Shown: positions 30,068 through 40,117 of the stretch, one piece after another | Numbering within the stretch: position 1 is the stretch's first letter | How the letters are laid out: each line of letters opens with the position of its first letter | Position numbers and translations under genes: made by a program | Source of the DNA: Deltaproteobacteria bacterium | GTDB taxonomy: Bacteria > Desulfobacterota_D > UBA1144 > Nemesobacterales > UBA2774 | Direction: 5' to 3' | Assembly: GCA_029262275.1 (NCBI GenBank) | Contig: JAJCZS010000033.1 | Location: forward strand, 2,350 to 66,349 | DNA length: 64,000 bases | Notes under the pieces: model-generated | Databases searched by the model: none | What the model saw: only the letters and a program-made list of their open reading frames with translations | Told to the model about the DNA's origin: nothing

Positions 30068-30769
30068 ATGAACTCAAATAATCAAGATCTTAAATCTAAG
30101 TATCTCCCTGATTTTGTATATGGAGGGATTGACGGCTCAGTTACTACTTTTGCGATTGTAGCTGGAGTCACCGGAGCATCACTATCCCCAACTATAGTAT
30201 TGATTCTGGGATTTGCCAACTTATTTGCTGACGGCTTTTCAATGGCCGTGAGCAACTATCTAAGCACAAAATCTAAAAAAGAGTTTGCTGACAAGATAAG
30301 AAAATCAGAAGAGGATTCGATTAAAAATGTTCCAGAAGAAGAAATACAGGAAATAAGAGATATATTTGCAGAAAAAGGTTTTTCTGGTTCCCAGCTTGAC
30401 GACGCAGTTGAGATTATTACAAGTAATCAGGACGTATGGGTAGATACAATGATGAAGGACGAGTTTGGAATATTTGAAGACCATACCTCACCTTTTAAAA
30501 GTGCTGCTGTAACATTTGTTTCTTTTAATCTAATCGGATTCATCCCACTCCTTGCGTATGTTCTTTCCTATTTCTCAGAGTTCTTTAGAACCAACACCTT
30601 TACATTATCCATAATCCTGACATCTGTTGCATTTTTCATAGTAGGCTCAGTCAAAGGAAGAATAGTCGAGAAGAGATGGCTCATCTCAGGCTTTGAGACT
30701 CTGCTTATAGGGGGTGCAGCTGCCATTATTGCCTATGTTGTAGGGTATCTTTTAAGAGGGTTAGCGTAG
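30068..30769 (+). CDS. VIT1/CCC1 family iron/manganese transporter
   Basis: VYGGIDGSVTTFAIVAG, ANLFADGFSMA, acidic cytoplasmic loop. Confidence 0.93.
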   Translation: MNSNNQDLKSKYLPDFVYGGIDGSVTTFAIVAGVTGASLSPTIVLILGFANLFADGFSMAVSNYLSTKSKKEFADKIRKSEEDSIKNVPEEEIQEIRDIFAEKGFSGSQLDDAVEIITSNQDVWVDTMMKDEFGIFEDHTSPFKSAAVTFVSFNLIGFIPLLAYVLSYFSEFFRTNTFTLSIILTSVAFFIVGSVKGRIVEKRWLISGFETLLIGGAAAIIAYVVGYLLRGLA

Positions 30770-30832
30770 TTTCTTGAGAATCTTATATTCTCAGCCAGAC
30801 TTCAGTTTTGATAAATTAAAGTTGAACAGTGG

Positions 30833-32083
30833 TCATCCAAAAATCTTTTTAACTTTCTTAAGCGTTTCAACACAAAGATCAATTTCTTCTTTATTGTTAT
30901 ATAGATAAAAGCTTATGCGCGCAGTGTAGTCCATTGAAAGCTCGCTCATGAGAGGCTGTGCACAGTGGTGACCTGATCTAACGGCTATCCCCTCTTCATC
31001 CAGCATGCCTGCAACGTCGTGTGGATGAACTCCTTCAACGTTAAAAGATATCACCCCTACACTTTCTGTGGTGCTCTTATGACCATAAATCTTAATCCAG
31101 TCATAGGCTGACATCTTCTCTAACGCATAACTTAGAAGATCTTCTTCGTGATCTAGTATATTTTGAAGACCTATACCATCTAGATAATCCACGGCAGCTC
31201 CAAGACCTATACCGCCTGCAATGTTAGGTGTTCCTGCTTCAAATTTCCAGGGAAGCTCGTTCCATGTGCTCTTCTCAAACGTAACCTTCTCTATCATATC
31301 CCCACCGTACATAAACGGCTCCATGTCCTCTAGTAGACTCTCACGTCCGTATATAAATCCTATTCCCGTAGGACCTAACATCTTGTGCCCGGAGGCTACT
31401 AAGAAATCACACCCTATCTCGCTTACATCAATAGGTAAATGCGGTATTGACTGGGCCGCATCTATTAAAACCAGAGCGCCCACTTCTTTAGCCTGCCTTG
31501 TGATCTCCTTTACAGGATTCACAGTGCCTAAAACATTAGATGCATGGATTATGCTAACAAGCTTGGTTCTCTCTGTCAGCAGATCTGGGAGTTCATCTAA
31601 TTTTAAATCACCCCTATCATCAACGCCTAGAACATTAATTTTAATTCCCTTTAAATCACGGAGCATCTGCCAGGGAACGATGTTTGAATGGTGTTCCATA
31701 ATTGTTATTAGAACTTCATCCCCTTCTTCTAGTCTGTGAAGTCCCCATCCATAAGCTAGAAGATTAAGAGACTCTGTAGCATTTCTAGTGAATATGATCT
31801 CGTTCCATTTATCCGCACCTATGAAATCCGCCACTTTCTTATGAGCATCTTCATACATAACAGTGGATTCATAACTTAGGGTATGGACCCCTCTATGGAT
31901 ATTAGAGTTATGGTTTCGGTAATAATTATCAATACAATCTATTACGCTTTGGGGTTTTTGTGTTGTGGCTGCGTTGTCTAAATAGATTAAAGGTTTACCA
32001 TGTACCTTTCTCTCGAATACGGGAAAATCTTTCTTTAGGAGATTAGGATCTATAGATCCGGCTCTTTGTATTAGTTTTTCCAT
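30833..32083 (-). CDS. sufS: cysteine desulfurase SufS
   Basis: YLDNAATTQKP, SGHKM, EAGTP, RSGHHCAQP. Confidence 0.96.
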   Translation of the reverse strand: MEKLIQRAGSIDPNLLKKDFPVFERKVHGKPLIYLDNAATTQKPQSVIDCIDNYYRNHNSNIHRGVHTLSYESTVMYEDAHKKVADFIGADKWNEIIFTRNATESLNLLAYGWGLHRLEEGDEVLITIMEHHSNIVPWQMLRDLKGIKINVLGVDDRGDLKLDELPDLLTERTKLVSIIHASNVLGTVNPVKEITRQAKEVGALVLIDAAQSIPHLPIDVSEIGCDFLVASGHKMLGPTGIGFIYGRESLLEDMEPFMYGGDMIEKVTFEKSTWNELPWKFEAGTPNIAGGIGLGAAVDYLDGIGLQNILDHEEDLLSYALEKMSAYDWIKIYGHKSTTESVGVISFNVEGVHPHDVAGMLDEEGIAVRSGHHCAQPLMSELSMDYTARISFYLYNNKEEIDLCVETLKKVKKIFG

Positions 32084-32121
32084 AATTGTGTGATTTAAGA
32101 ATCAAAACTTACGATCTCGGT

Positions 32122-32499
32122 TTATTGGTTGGAACTCTTTCCTGTAAGAGCTTTCTTTAAAACAGTAAGCCCAAGTAGTGCGCATTTAAATCTTATAGGA
32201 GATACCTGGCCACCAAGCGCTTCTAACATATCTTTATCCGTATAGGATACAATTTCTTCTACCTCTTTGCCGGTAACATTTTCAGTCAGGATAGAAACAG
32301 ATGCCTGGCTAATTGCACACCCAGTTCCTGAGAACTTTATGTCGTCAAGCTTGTTATTCCTAATTTTCAAATCAAGCCTAATAACATCTCCGCACGATGG
32401 AATACCCTCTTCGTAAGAAAAATCGGCGTCTTCAATGGTGCCAAAATTCCTTGGATTCTTATAGTGATCTAATATGTATTCTAAATTGTCACTTTGCAT
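32122..32499 (-). CDS. sufU: SufU/IscU-type scaffold or sulfur acceptor
   Basis: ILDHYKNPRN, SCGD, GCAISQAS, RFKCA; ATG 32499 (TTG 32511 alternative). Confidence 0.9.
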   Translation of the reverse strand: MQSDNLEYILDHYKNPRNFGTIEDADFSYEEGIPSCGDVIRLDLKIRNNKLDDIKFSGTGCAISQASVSILTENVTGKEVEEIVSYTDKDMLEALGGQVSPIRFKCALLGLTVLKKALTGKSSNQ

Positions 32500-32588
32500 A
32501 ATATTATCCAAACTTTAATTAAATTATCTTAGTTAGTATACCAGTTAATACAGGTTCTTCACTTATAGGAGGTATTTAGGATTAAGGT

Positions 32589-33185
32589 CTATTCCTCAGA
32601 ATGGACAACGCTCATAGTGCAGTCGTGTTCTCTTAAGACCTTGTTGACCCTTTCCAAATCACAATCGACTACCCAGAAATAGCTGATCTGGCGATTCATG
32701 GGTGATGAGCTATAAGAGATAACCTTCTCTGAATTGTTCTGTATTAAGTGTAGAGCATCAAAGTGACTAAGGTTATCAGAAAGATTTACCTCTAACTTTA
32801 TCGGCTTATCATTAAAACTAAATGTAGTGCGTAGAGCGTCTAAAATGTCTGTTATGGTTATAATGCCCAGAAGTTCGTTCTTCTCTGATACTACAGGTAG
32901 AGCATTGAAATCCTTAATCCTGATTATGTCGGAGGCACTCTGTATAGGAGCATCTTCCATTATTGTAACTGGATCAGAAACCATAACGTCGCCTACCTTA
33001 ATATCTTGATTATCTAAAAGTGCGTTTGTTAAATCACTTTGAGTAACTATTCCTACTAATTTACTTTCTTGTACAACAGGACATTGTCTATAATTTAAGG
33101 TCTTCATCTTCTCAGCAATATCTTTAGCACTTTCATCAGGCGTTACTGTTCTTGGGTTAAGTGTCATATAATCTTTGACTAACAT
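32589..33185 (-). CDS. CBS domain pair protein (AcuB-like)
   Basis: VKDYMT..P, LVGIVT..D, VGDVM, LPVV, LLGIITITD. Confidence 0.85.
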   Translation of the reverse strand: MLVKDYMTLNPRTVTPDESAKDIAEKMKTLNYRQCPVVQESKLVGIVTQSDLTNALLDNQDIKVGDVMVSDPVTIMEDAPIQSASDIIRIKDFNALPVVSEKNELLGIITITDILDALRTTFSFNDKPIKLEVNLSDNLSHFDALHLIQNNSEKVISYSSSPMNRQISYFWVVDCDLERVNKVLREHDCTMSVVHSEE

Positions 33186-33331
33186 TACGAGAGACCCCCC
33201 TATCTAAGAATTAATATATAGTACTATATCTGAACTAATTTTGATAATAATACCATGTATGAAGCACACTCCAACAATCGCCGCAAAGCTTGACAATCAT
33301 ATCCGGCTTCGGTTTTCTTCTAAATTAGGTT

Positions 33332-34864
33332 ATGAGCAAAAAAGGAACCGTATATCTTATAGGGGCAGGACCTGGGGACATGGGACTCTTGACTATCAAA
33401 GGAAGAGAGCTTCTTCGTGTAGCTGATGTCATAGTTTATGACTACCTTGTAAATGACCGCCTGCTTGAATATGCAAAAGACAATGCTGAAATAATTTATG
33501 TTGGCAAAAAAGCAGGTCAAAAAGAAATGTCTCAGAAAGCTATAAATGCTCTCTTAGTATCAAAAGCTAAAAAGGGCAGCACTGTTGCAAGGCTTAAAGG
33601 CGGAGACCCGTTTACATTTGGTAGAGGCGGTGAAGAAGCAGAAGCTCTAGAATTAAAGCAAATCCCTTTTGAAATAGTCCCTGGAGTAAGCTCTGTCTCA
33701 GCAGTTCCAGCATATGCGGGCATATCTCTTACTCATAGAGATTTCACCTCTTCATTTGCTGTTGTAACTGGTCATGAAGATCCATCAAAAGAAAAATCCA
33801 ACATGCCCTGGGAAGCACTCTCTCAAATAGGAACGGTCGTTTTCCTAATGGGCGTTAAAAATTTAAAACAAAACATGTCAAGGCTTATTAGTGCAGGCAA
33901 GGACCCAAATACCCCGGCGGCCGTGATTACCTGGGGGACTCATCCTTCTCAGAGCACATTGACAGGTACGGTCTCTAACATCTCAGATTTAGCATTGAGG
34001 AGAAAAGATATCTCCTCTCCCGGGGTTGTTGTGGTTGGAGAGGTTGTTAAATTGAGAAAGATTTTAGACTGGTATGAATCAAAACCGCTTTTTGGTAAGA
34101 CGGTTATTGTAACAAGACCTAAAGAGCAGTCACATGAATTCATAAGACTTCTTGAAGATAGGGGAGCTAGTGTTATCCCTTTCCCAACAATAGAAATAGT
34201 CCCTCCAAGAAGCTACAAAGCACTCGATAGAGCAATAAATAACTTAGAGCACTATGACTGGATTGTTTTTACAAGCGTTAACGGAGTTAAGTCCTTTTTT
34301 GATAGACTAAAAGTCCTAAACAAGGATATTAGGGAGCTTCATAGGGCGAAAATTGCTGCAATAGGTGAGATAACAGCTAATGAGATCTTAGATAAGGGCA
34401 TAAAAGTAGATATTGTCCCCGATGAGTTTAAAGCAGAAGGTCTTATCAAAATGTTTAAAAAAGATGGTATTAAGAACAATAAGGTGCTTATACCAAGAGC
34501 TAGAGTTGCTAGAGATGTATTGCCAGAGAGTTTAAAAAAACTTGGAGCCGAAGTAGATGTGGTTACATCATACATAACAAAGAAACCTACTAAAAGTAAA
34601 ACAAATCATATTTGCAAGCTACTAGATGAGAACAAAGTAGATTTGATAACATTTACCAGCTCATCTACGGCAAGAAACTTCTTTGAACTGATACCTGATT
34701 TCAAACAAAATAAAAACAAACCTGTAATTGCTAGCATAGGGCCAATTACAGCTCAAACCATAAGGGAATTTGGCCACAGCGCACAAATTATCCCAAAGCA
34801 ATACACTGTTTTGCATTTGACAGAAGAAGTAGCTAATTATTACGCTAAAAAGAACTTAAAGTAA
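33332..34864 (+). CDS. cobA: fused uroporphyrinogen-III C-methyltransferase/synthase (CobA/HemD)
   Basis: LIGAGPGD, RLKGGDPFTFGRGGEE; C-terminal VIVTRP, FTSVNGV, FTSSST, SIGPIT. Confidence 0.95.
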   Translation: MSKKGTVYLIGAGPGDMGLLTIKGRELLRVADVIVYDYLVNDRLLEYAKDNAEIIYVGKKAGQKEMSQKAINALLVSKAKKGSTVARLKGGDPFTFGRGGEEAEALELKQIPFEIVPGVSSVSAVPAYAGISLTHRDFTSSFAVVTGHEDPSKEKSNMPWEALSQIGTVVFLMGVKNLKQNMSRLISAGKDPNTPAAVITWGTHPSQSTLTGTVSNISDLALRRKDISSPGVVVVGEVVKLRKILDWYESKPLFGKTVIVTRPKEQSHEFIRLLEDRGASVIPFPTIEIVPPRSYKALDRAINNLEHYDWIVFTSVNGVKSFFDRLKVLNKDIRELHRAKIAAIGEITANEILDKGIKVDIVPDEFKAEGLIKMFKKDGIKNNKVLIPRARVARDVLPESLKKLGAEVDVVTSYITKKPTKSKTNHICKLLDENKVDLITFTSSSTARNFFELIPDFKQNKNKPVIASIGPITAQTIREFGHSAQIIPKQYTVLHLTEEVANYYAKKNLK

Positions 34865-34925
34865 AACTAATATATGCAATAATAAAAGCTTATAGCATAA
34901 TACAATTAAGGTAGAAACTAACTAG

Positions 34926-35648
34926 ATGCCTAGATTCCCAATATCCACAGACCAAATTAATAGTAACGAAGCCATAGTTAGAGGTAATGACTATAAACAC
35001 ATAGTAAAGGTCCTGCGTCTAAAGCCAGGGGATGACATCACCCTTTTTGATACTGATTCAATGGAATATTATGGGAAAATAAGTGAGATCAACAAAAAAG
35101 AAATCGTTATTGAAATAACTGAGTCTAAGATAGTAAATACAGAGTCTCCAATTGAAATAACACTTCTTCAAGGACTACCTAAAGCGGACAAGATGGACTA
35201 TATAATAGAGAAAGCAACTGAGCTTGGGGTGCATAGAATAGTACCTGTCATAACTGAGAGGTCTCAGATAAGAGATAGAGACCGTAAGAAAAGATGGGAC
35301 AGGATTGCTCTTGAGGCCTCAAAACAGTGTGGTAGGACAAAACCAGCTATCATAGAAAATACTTTAGACTTTAATGATGCAATTAAACTATACAATACAA
35401 GCGAATTAGCCATAATACTTCAAGTAAATAGTGAAGTATCAGCGAAGAACTATATTAAAAACTCTTTACAAGCCCCTTCAAATATTGTATTATTTGTAGG
35501 TCCGGAAGGTGGGTTTACGGACAATGAAGTCCTTCTTGGTAAAGAAATGGGTTTCATCTCTCTGGGTCTGGGTCCCAGGGTATTAAGAACAGAGACAGCT
35601 AGTCTCTCGGTTCTTTCAGTTCTTCAATTTCACTACGGAGATTTGTGA
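34926..35648 (+). CDS. rsmE: 16S rRNA m3U1498 methyltransferase
   Basis: HIVKVLR, EKATELGV, EASKQCGR, GPEGGF, LGPRVLRTETA. Confidence 0.96.
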   Translation: MPRFPISTDQINSNEAIVRGNDYKHIVKVLRLKPGDDITLFDTDSMEYYGKISEINKKEIVIEITESKIVNTESPIEITLLQGLPKADKMDYIIEKATELGVHRIVPVITERSQIRDRDRKKRWDRIALEASKQCGRTKPAIIENTLDFNDAIKLYNTSELAIILQVNSEVSAKNYIKNSLQAPSNIVLFVGPEGGFTDNEVLLGKEMGFISLGLGPRVLRTETASLSVLSVLQFHYGDL

Positions 35649-35658
35649 TTAACACCTA

Positions 35659-37110
35659 TCACAGTCTCCGTATAAGCTTTTTAAGCTCTTCCATCTTATT
35701 TTCTCTAATATCACGGTATGTTTTTTCATCTACCTGACCACTCTCGAAACTATCATCAAGCTGAGCTATTTCCTGAAGAAGTGCCGTTCTTTGATCTACA
35801 CCATCTCCCCTCTTATTCTGCTCACTAGTCCCTAGATTAGACTTTTCTTTTACAAAAGTAGAATAAATAAAACCGATTACTAGTATTAGCAATAAAAATC
35901 CTAAAGCGCCCCATTTTAAATAATCATTTTTCATGAACTGCCCTTCGAATCTAATCTTAATCTGATGTCCAGGATTTAAATCTGTGCCGGTCCATTTAAG
36001 AAAGCTCTCTCCCTGGACCACAACTGGCTCTACGGAGGTAAGTCCTGAAACTTTAGCAGTTTTTCCTGTGTCTGATACCAAAAGCAGGAAATTCTCAGTG
36101 GGGTAGTCTATAGTTTTATCAAACTTTGTTGTCCCCGAATCTAATGCGATGTTGTATGTATAAACTACTCTTTTTTCTCCAGGTAGTATGCTTGTGGTAT
36201 CTGCAAAACCATATTCGGTCTGCACTATATCCTCAGGTTTAGCTCCATGAACAAAATTAAGATCCAGAGCGCCTTTTGGTACGCTGAACTTGAGTGATTT
36301 CTTTCTGCCATCTTCAGTTTCTTTTCCGCCCACATATACCTTATCGCCCTTATTGCTGTATAGACTAAGATCTGCAATAGATAGGGCCCCTTCTGAAGCC
36401 TGGACTATCATATGGGATTCTATAACAGCTAGATCATCATCTTCAAATGTGGGCTCATATATAGGGAGAGTTAGTACTTTAGTATCTTCATCAGGGTTAA
36501 AAACCATTTTGTCTGTTGAATACTGAGTTCCTTTGAAATTCACGGTAAGACCATAGCTCCTGTCCCAACCTAAATTCTCAAATGAGAAATTTCCCTGTTC
36601 ATCAGACTCTATAGTCTTATCATCAGTAGGCCTCTCACCCATATAAGATGTAAGAGTAAGCTCAACTCCTGGCGCGGGTCCATCACTTGTTTCATTAAGT
36701 ACTTGTCCCGAGATACTACCCTTTGCAGCAGGATTCTCTGAAACATTAAAAGAGAGAATATAATCTGCTATAGCTTCTGCCTGAGCTGGGGGGACGTTCA
36801 TAGGAGGCATTGGAGGATAGCCTTCGTTATAAGGCATTTTACCGCTCTCCTGATAAATTTGCTGTGGATTCTCTATCCATTTAATAATTTTGTCTTTGGA
36901 ATATTTCTCACTAACAGCAGACAAATCCGGCCCTACAAATCTACCTCTGCCAATTGTATGACACCTAACACAGCGGCTCTGTATAAAGAGTTCTTGGCCG
37001 GATAGGTTTGCCATCGATGGGGGGTGATCTTGAGCATAGGAAACTATGGGCTCTATACCTAGTATGGCTATAATAAATACAAAGACTATGTTGCATATTG
37101 GTGATTTCAT
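35659..37110 (-). CDS. membrane-anchored c-type cytochrome with carboxypeptidase-regulatory-like domain and CcmI-like tail
   Basis: Signal peptide, CVRCH..GPDL..MP, beta-rich ISGQVLN...SDEQGNFSF, C-terminal TM and LLQEIAQLDDSFESGQV...Y. Confidence 0.8.
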   Translation of the reverse strand: MKSPICNIVFVFIIAILGIEPIVSYAQDHPPSMANLSGQELFIQSRCVRCHTIGRGRFVGPDLSAVSEKYSKDKIIKWIENPQQIYQESGKMPYNEGYPPMPPMNVPPAQAEAIADYILSFNVSENPAAKGSISGQVLNETSDGPAPGVELTLTSYMGERPTDDKTIESDEQGNFSFENLGWDRSYGLTVNFKGTQYSTDKMVFNPDEDTKVLTLPIYEPTFEDDDLAVIESHMIVQASEGALSIADLSLYSNKGDKVYVGGKETEDGRKKSLKFSVPKGALDLNFVHGAKPEDIVQTEYGFADTTSILPGEKRVVYTYNIALDSGTTKFDKTIDYPTENFLLLVSDTGKTAKVSGLTSVEPVVVQGESFLKWTGTDLNPGHQIKIRFEGQFMKNDYLKWGALGFLLLILVIGFIYSTFVKEKSNLGTSEQNKRGDGVDQRTALLQEIAQLDDSFESGQVDEKTYRDIRENKMEELKKLIRRL

Positions 37111-37640
37111 TTATTCAATTCCGCTCCGCATTTTGAACAAAACATATCTTCTGCATTACATTCAGCGCCACACTTAGAGCATTTATCGCTAGTTAGACTT
37201 GCTTGATTTGCACTTCTAAATGCAGAAATTTCTTCTTCCAATAAGACATCATCACTTTTAGAGGAAGTGCTAATTTTTCTATAGGATGATATCTCCTGCT
37301 CTAGTTTCTGATCCGGAGTTAAACTCCCGCTTTGTTCTTCAAGTTTTTGATATTCATCAATTTCTTTTAGAACGGATGCCGCCTCATCTCTGTACTTATT
37401 ATTTAGTTCTTCGTAATCATCTTTTGAGAGCTTTCCTAGACCATAGTCAAAATCTATGTCTCTTATTGCAGAATATAGAGTTTCCTTTTGGTTGTTTAGG
37501 CTGGTCAGTCTATCAACCTCATTTATACTCCGAAGACTTTCCACAGTTTTGTTTATATAGTCCTTCTTCCTTAGAAAAAAAGGCAGCGCTATGTATAGAG
37601 CTACCAATGCTGTGATGATTAGAATTACTATAGTATCCAA
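37107..37640 (-). CDS. CcmI-like membrane protein with C-terminal zinc ribbon
   Basis: N-terminal TM; AIRDIDFDYGLGKLSKDDY; CSKC...FCSKCG. Confidence 0.75.
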   Translation of the reverse strand: MDTIVILIITALVALYIALPFFLRKKDYINKTVESLRSINEVDRLTSLNNQKETLYSAIRDIDFDYGLGKLSKDDYEELNNKYRDEAASVLKEIDEYQKLEEQSGSLTPDQKLEQEISSYRKISTSSKSDDVLLEEEISAFRSANQASLTSDKCSKCGAECNAEDMFCSKCGAELNK

Positions 37641-37674
37641 ATTGATTCCTTGAACCCTCTAGAATAAAAAATTA

Positions 37675-39681
37675 TTATGCGTTTAAAGTCGCATCTTGTT
37701 CCCTTACAGTGTATCTAACAAATGCTTGCTCTGATCTTTTTTTACCGCTAGGCCACATAGTAACGATTGCTCCTAGGAGAAGGACAATTCCTCCAGCCCA
37801 GATCCAATTCACAAGCGGATTTATCATAGCTCTTATGGTGACTGTCCCATCAGGATTAAAACCGCTTAGTATTATGTAGAGATCGTCTTTGAATGTAGAG
37901 CGTAGAGCAACCTCAGTTTCTTGATTAATTTCACGGTTACCTTCATATTTGTATATGTTTTTCTCTGGAGCTATTGTGTCTACCTCTTTACCACCTTCAA
38001 AGAGTGTAAGGTGGGCGATTGTTGCGTTTTTTGCATCTGTTGTATATTGCTCAATCCCATCAAATCTAAGACTATAATTCCTGAGTTCCATTGACTCGCC
38101 TTTGTTTAATGTAGCCTGCTTTTCTGTTACAAACACAGATGAGGCCGTAACACCAATGACAATTAGAACCACTCCTATGTGTACGATATAGCCGCCGTAG
38201 CGCCTCTTATTTCTAGATACCAACCTTAGGAATGCCGATAAAAAATTCTCCCCTCTTTTCATTCTAACTCTTGTGCCTCTAAAAAATTCTGTGAACACTG
38301 TGCCAGTTACAAAGGCGCAAAGGGCAAAAGAAATTAGAGCAACCACATCTCTCATTCCAAGGGCCAACAGGATAATTACAGTAAGTATTCCAAGCAGTAC
38401 TGGGGAGAGAAAATTTCTTGCTAAATTCTTAAGTGATGCTTTTCTCCAGGAAATCAAAGGCCCCACGCCCATCAACAATATTAGTACAAGTGCTATTGGA
38501 ACATTGACTCTGTTGAAGTAAGGAGGGCCTACAAGAATTTTATCTCCAGTCAGCGCCTCCGATAATATTGGGAATATGGTTCCTAGAAAAACTGCAAATG
38601 CTGCTCCCAAGAAAAGAAGGTTATTAAAAATAAATGCACTCTCTCTTGAGAGGATTGAATCAAATCTGTTCTCAGTCTCTAGATCTTTCATTCTGTAGAG
38701 AAACATTGCAAAAGAGAAAAGAAGTATGAAAGCAATAAAAGCTAGAAACAGCGGACCTATATCAGATTGGGCAAAAGAGTGAACAGAAGAGATAATTCCA
38801 CTTCTTGTAATAAAGGTGCCAAAGATGGAGAGAAAGAAAGTGATAATAATTAAAGACATATTCCATTTCTTAAGCATTCCCTTTTTCTCTTGAATCATAA
38901 CAGAATGGATAAAAGCGGTTGCTGCAAGCCAAGGCATAAAAGCAGCGTTCTCAACAGGGTCCCATGCCCAATAGCCACCCCAGCCTAGCTCAAGATAAGC
39001 CCACCGGGCCCCTAGAAGGAGTCCTACACTCAAGAAGGTCCAGGCAAATAATGCCCACTTTCTAGAATATCTAATCCACGCGTCCCCAAGCTTGCCCGAG
39101 AGGAGCGCCCCCATTCCAAAAGCAAAAGGCACTGTTACCCCTACGTAGCCGAAATAGAGCGTAATAGGATGTATTGCCATGTAGGCATTTTGCAATATGG
39201 GGTTAAGCCCCCTTCCCTCCAGTGGTGTAAACGGCAGCTTTTCAAATGGACTTTCCACAAAGGTAATAACGCCGATAAAAAAGATAGACACAGTTGCAAG
39301 AGTAGCAAGAACATAAGGCATCAATTCTCGGTCCCTATTTCTACTCTGCAGTACTACAATTGCGGTGTAAATAGAAAGCACTAAACACCACAATAAAAGA
39401 GAGCCCGCCTGCCCTGCCCAAAGCGATGTGAAGCGATATATAGTGGCAAGATCGGTGCTGGTGTTAAGTGCTACATATTTTAGGCTGAAATCAAGATTTA
39501 TAAGAGAGTGAACTAAAGCTATTGTTGCTATTAGTAAAAGGAAAAAAACTGCTATGGCCCCATTCTCAGCGCTCCTAACAAAATCCCACTTACGGGTTTT
39601 TACACCATAAACAGAGGCTGCCAGGACATAAATTGAAATTACAAAAGCTAAAAATATTGAAATACTTCCGGTTTCTACCAT
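37675..39681 (-). CDS. ccmF: cytochrome c heme lyase CcmF
   Basis: WAGQAGSLL, IHP, GWGGYWAWDPVEN, FIHS, SVHSF, YIVHIG. Confidence 0.97.
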   Translation of the reverse strand: MVETGSISIFLAFVISIYVLAASVYGVKTRKWDFVRSAENGAIAVFFLLLIATIALVHSLINLDFSLKYVALNTSTDLATIYRFTSLWAGQAGSLLLWCLVLSIYTAIVVLQSRNRDRELMPYVLATLATVSIFFIGVITFVESPFEKLPFTPLEGRGLNPILQNAYMAIHPITLYFGYVGVTVPFAFGMGALLSGKLGDAWIRYSRKWALFAWTFLSVGLLLGARWAYLELGWGGYWAWDPVENAAFMPWLAATAFIHSVMIQEKKGMLKKWNMSLIIITFFLSIFGTFITRSGIISSVHSFAQSDIGPLFLAFIAFILLFSFAMFLYRMKDLETENRFDSILSRESAFIFNNLLFLGAAFAVFLGTIFPILSEALTGDKILVGPPYFNRVNVPIALVLILLMGVGPLISWRKASLKNLARNFLSPVLLGILTVIILLALGMRDVVALISFALCAFVTGTVFTEFFRGTRVRMKRGENFLSAFLRLVSRNKRRYGGYIVHIGVVLIVIGVTASSVFVTEKQATLNKGESMELRNYSLRFDGIEQYTTDAKNATIAHLTLFEGGKEVDTIAPEKNIYKYEGNREINQETEVALRSTFKDDLYIILSGFNPDGTVTIRAMINPLVNWIWAGGIVLLLGAIVTMWPSGKKRSEQAFVRYTVREQDATLNA

Positions 39682-40101
39682 TTAGTATGAAGTTTCCTTA
39701 TTCTCATAGAGGGAATCGGTCGACTCATATTTAGTTGGGCACTTAGCTAGCAGTGTGTCCGCTTCAAATACATCGTTTTTGGCATATACACCTTCTACAA
39801 CTGCCTCGACATCATCTGCAAAAATGTCAGGAATAATGCCCTCGTATTGTACATCTATTGTTTCTGCTCCATCTGTGATTTGAAATTCAAGCGAGCCTTT
39901 ATTGTCTTTTACAATAGTTCCAGGCACCACAGTTCCTGATACCCTAACCCTGCTGTCATATACAGTGGGAACCTGAGCTCTTAGCTCCTGAACAGTTAGA
40001 TAGTAGACCATCGTATCCTTTACCCCACCGTATACCAAATAGCCTACGGTAAGAGCTATTATTGCAATTGCTATAATAAATTTTAGTTTTCCTTTAAGCA
40101 T
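39682..40101 (-). CDS. ccmE: heme chaperone CcmE, CxxxY (system I*) variant
   Basis: VYYLT, RVSG.V..G, YEGIIPDIF, LAKCPTKY. Confidence 0.93.
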   Translation of the reverse strand: MLKGKLKFIIAIAIIALTVGYLVYGGVKDTMVYYLTVQELRAQVPTVYDSRVRVSGTVVPGTIVKDNKGSLEFQITDGAETIDVQYEGIIPDIFADDVEAVVEGVYAKNDVFEADTLLAKCPTKYESTDSLYENKETSY

Positions 40102-40117
40102 TTATATTCCTCAAAAC

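Noticed and set aside
30833-32511. sufU-sufS without sufBCD
   Set aside because: Split suf loci are common; the remainder is probably elsewhere in the genome.
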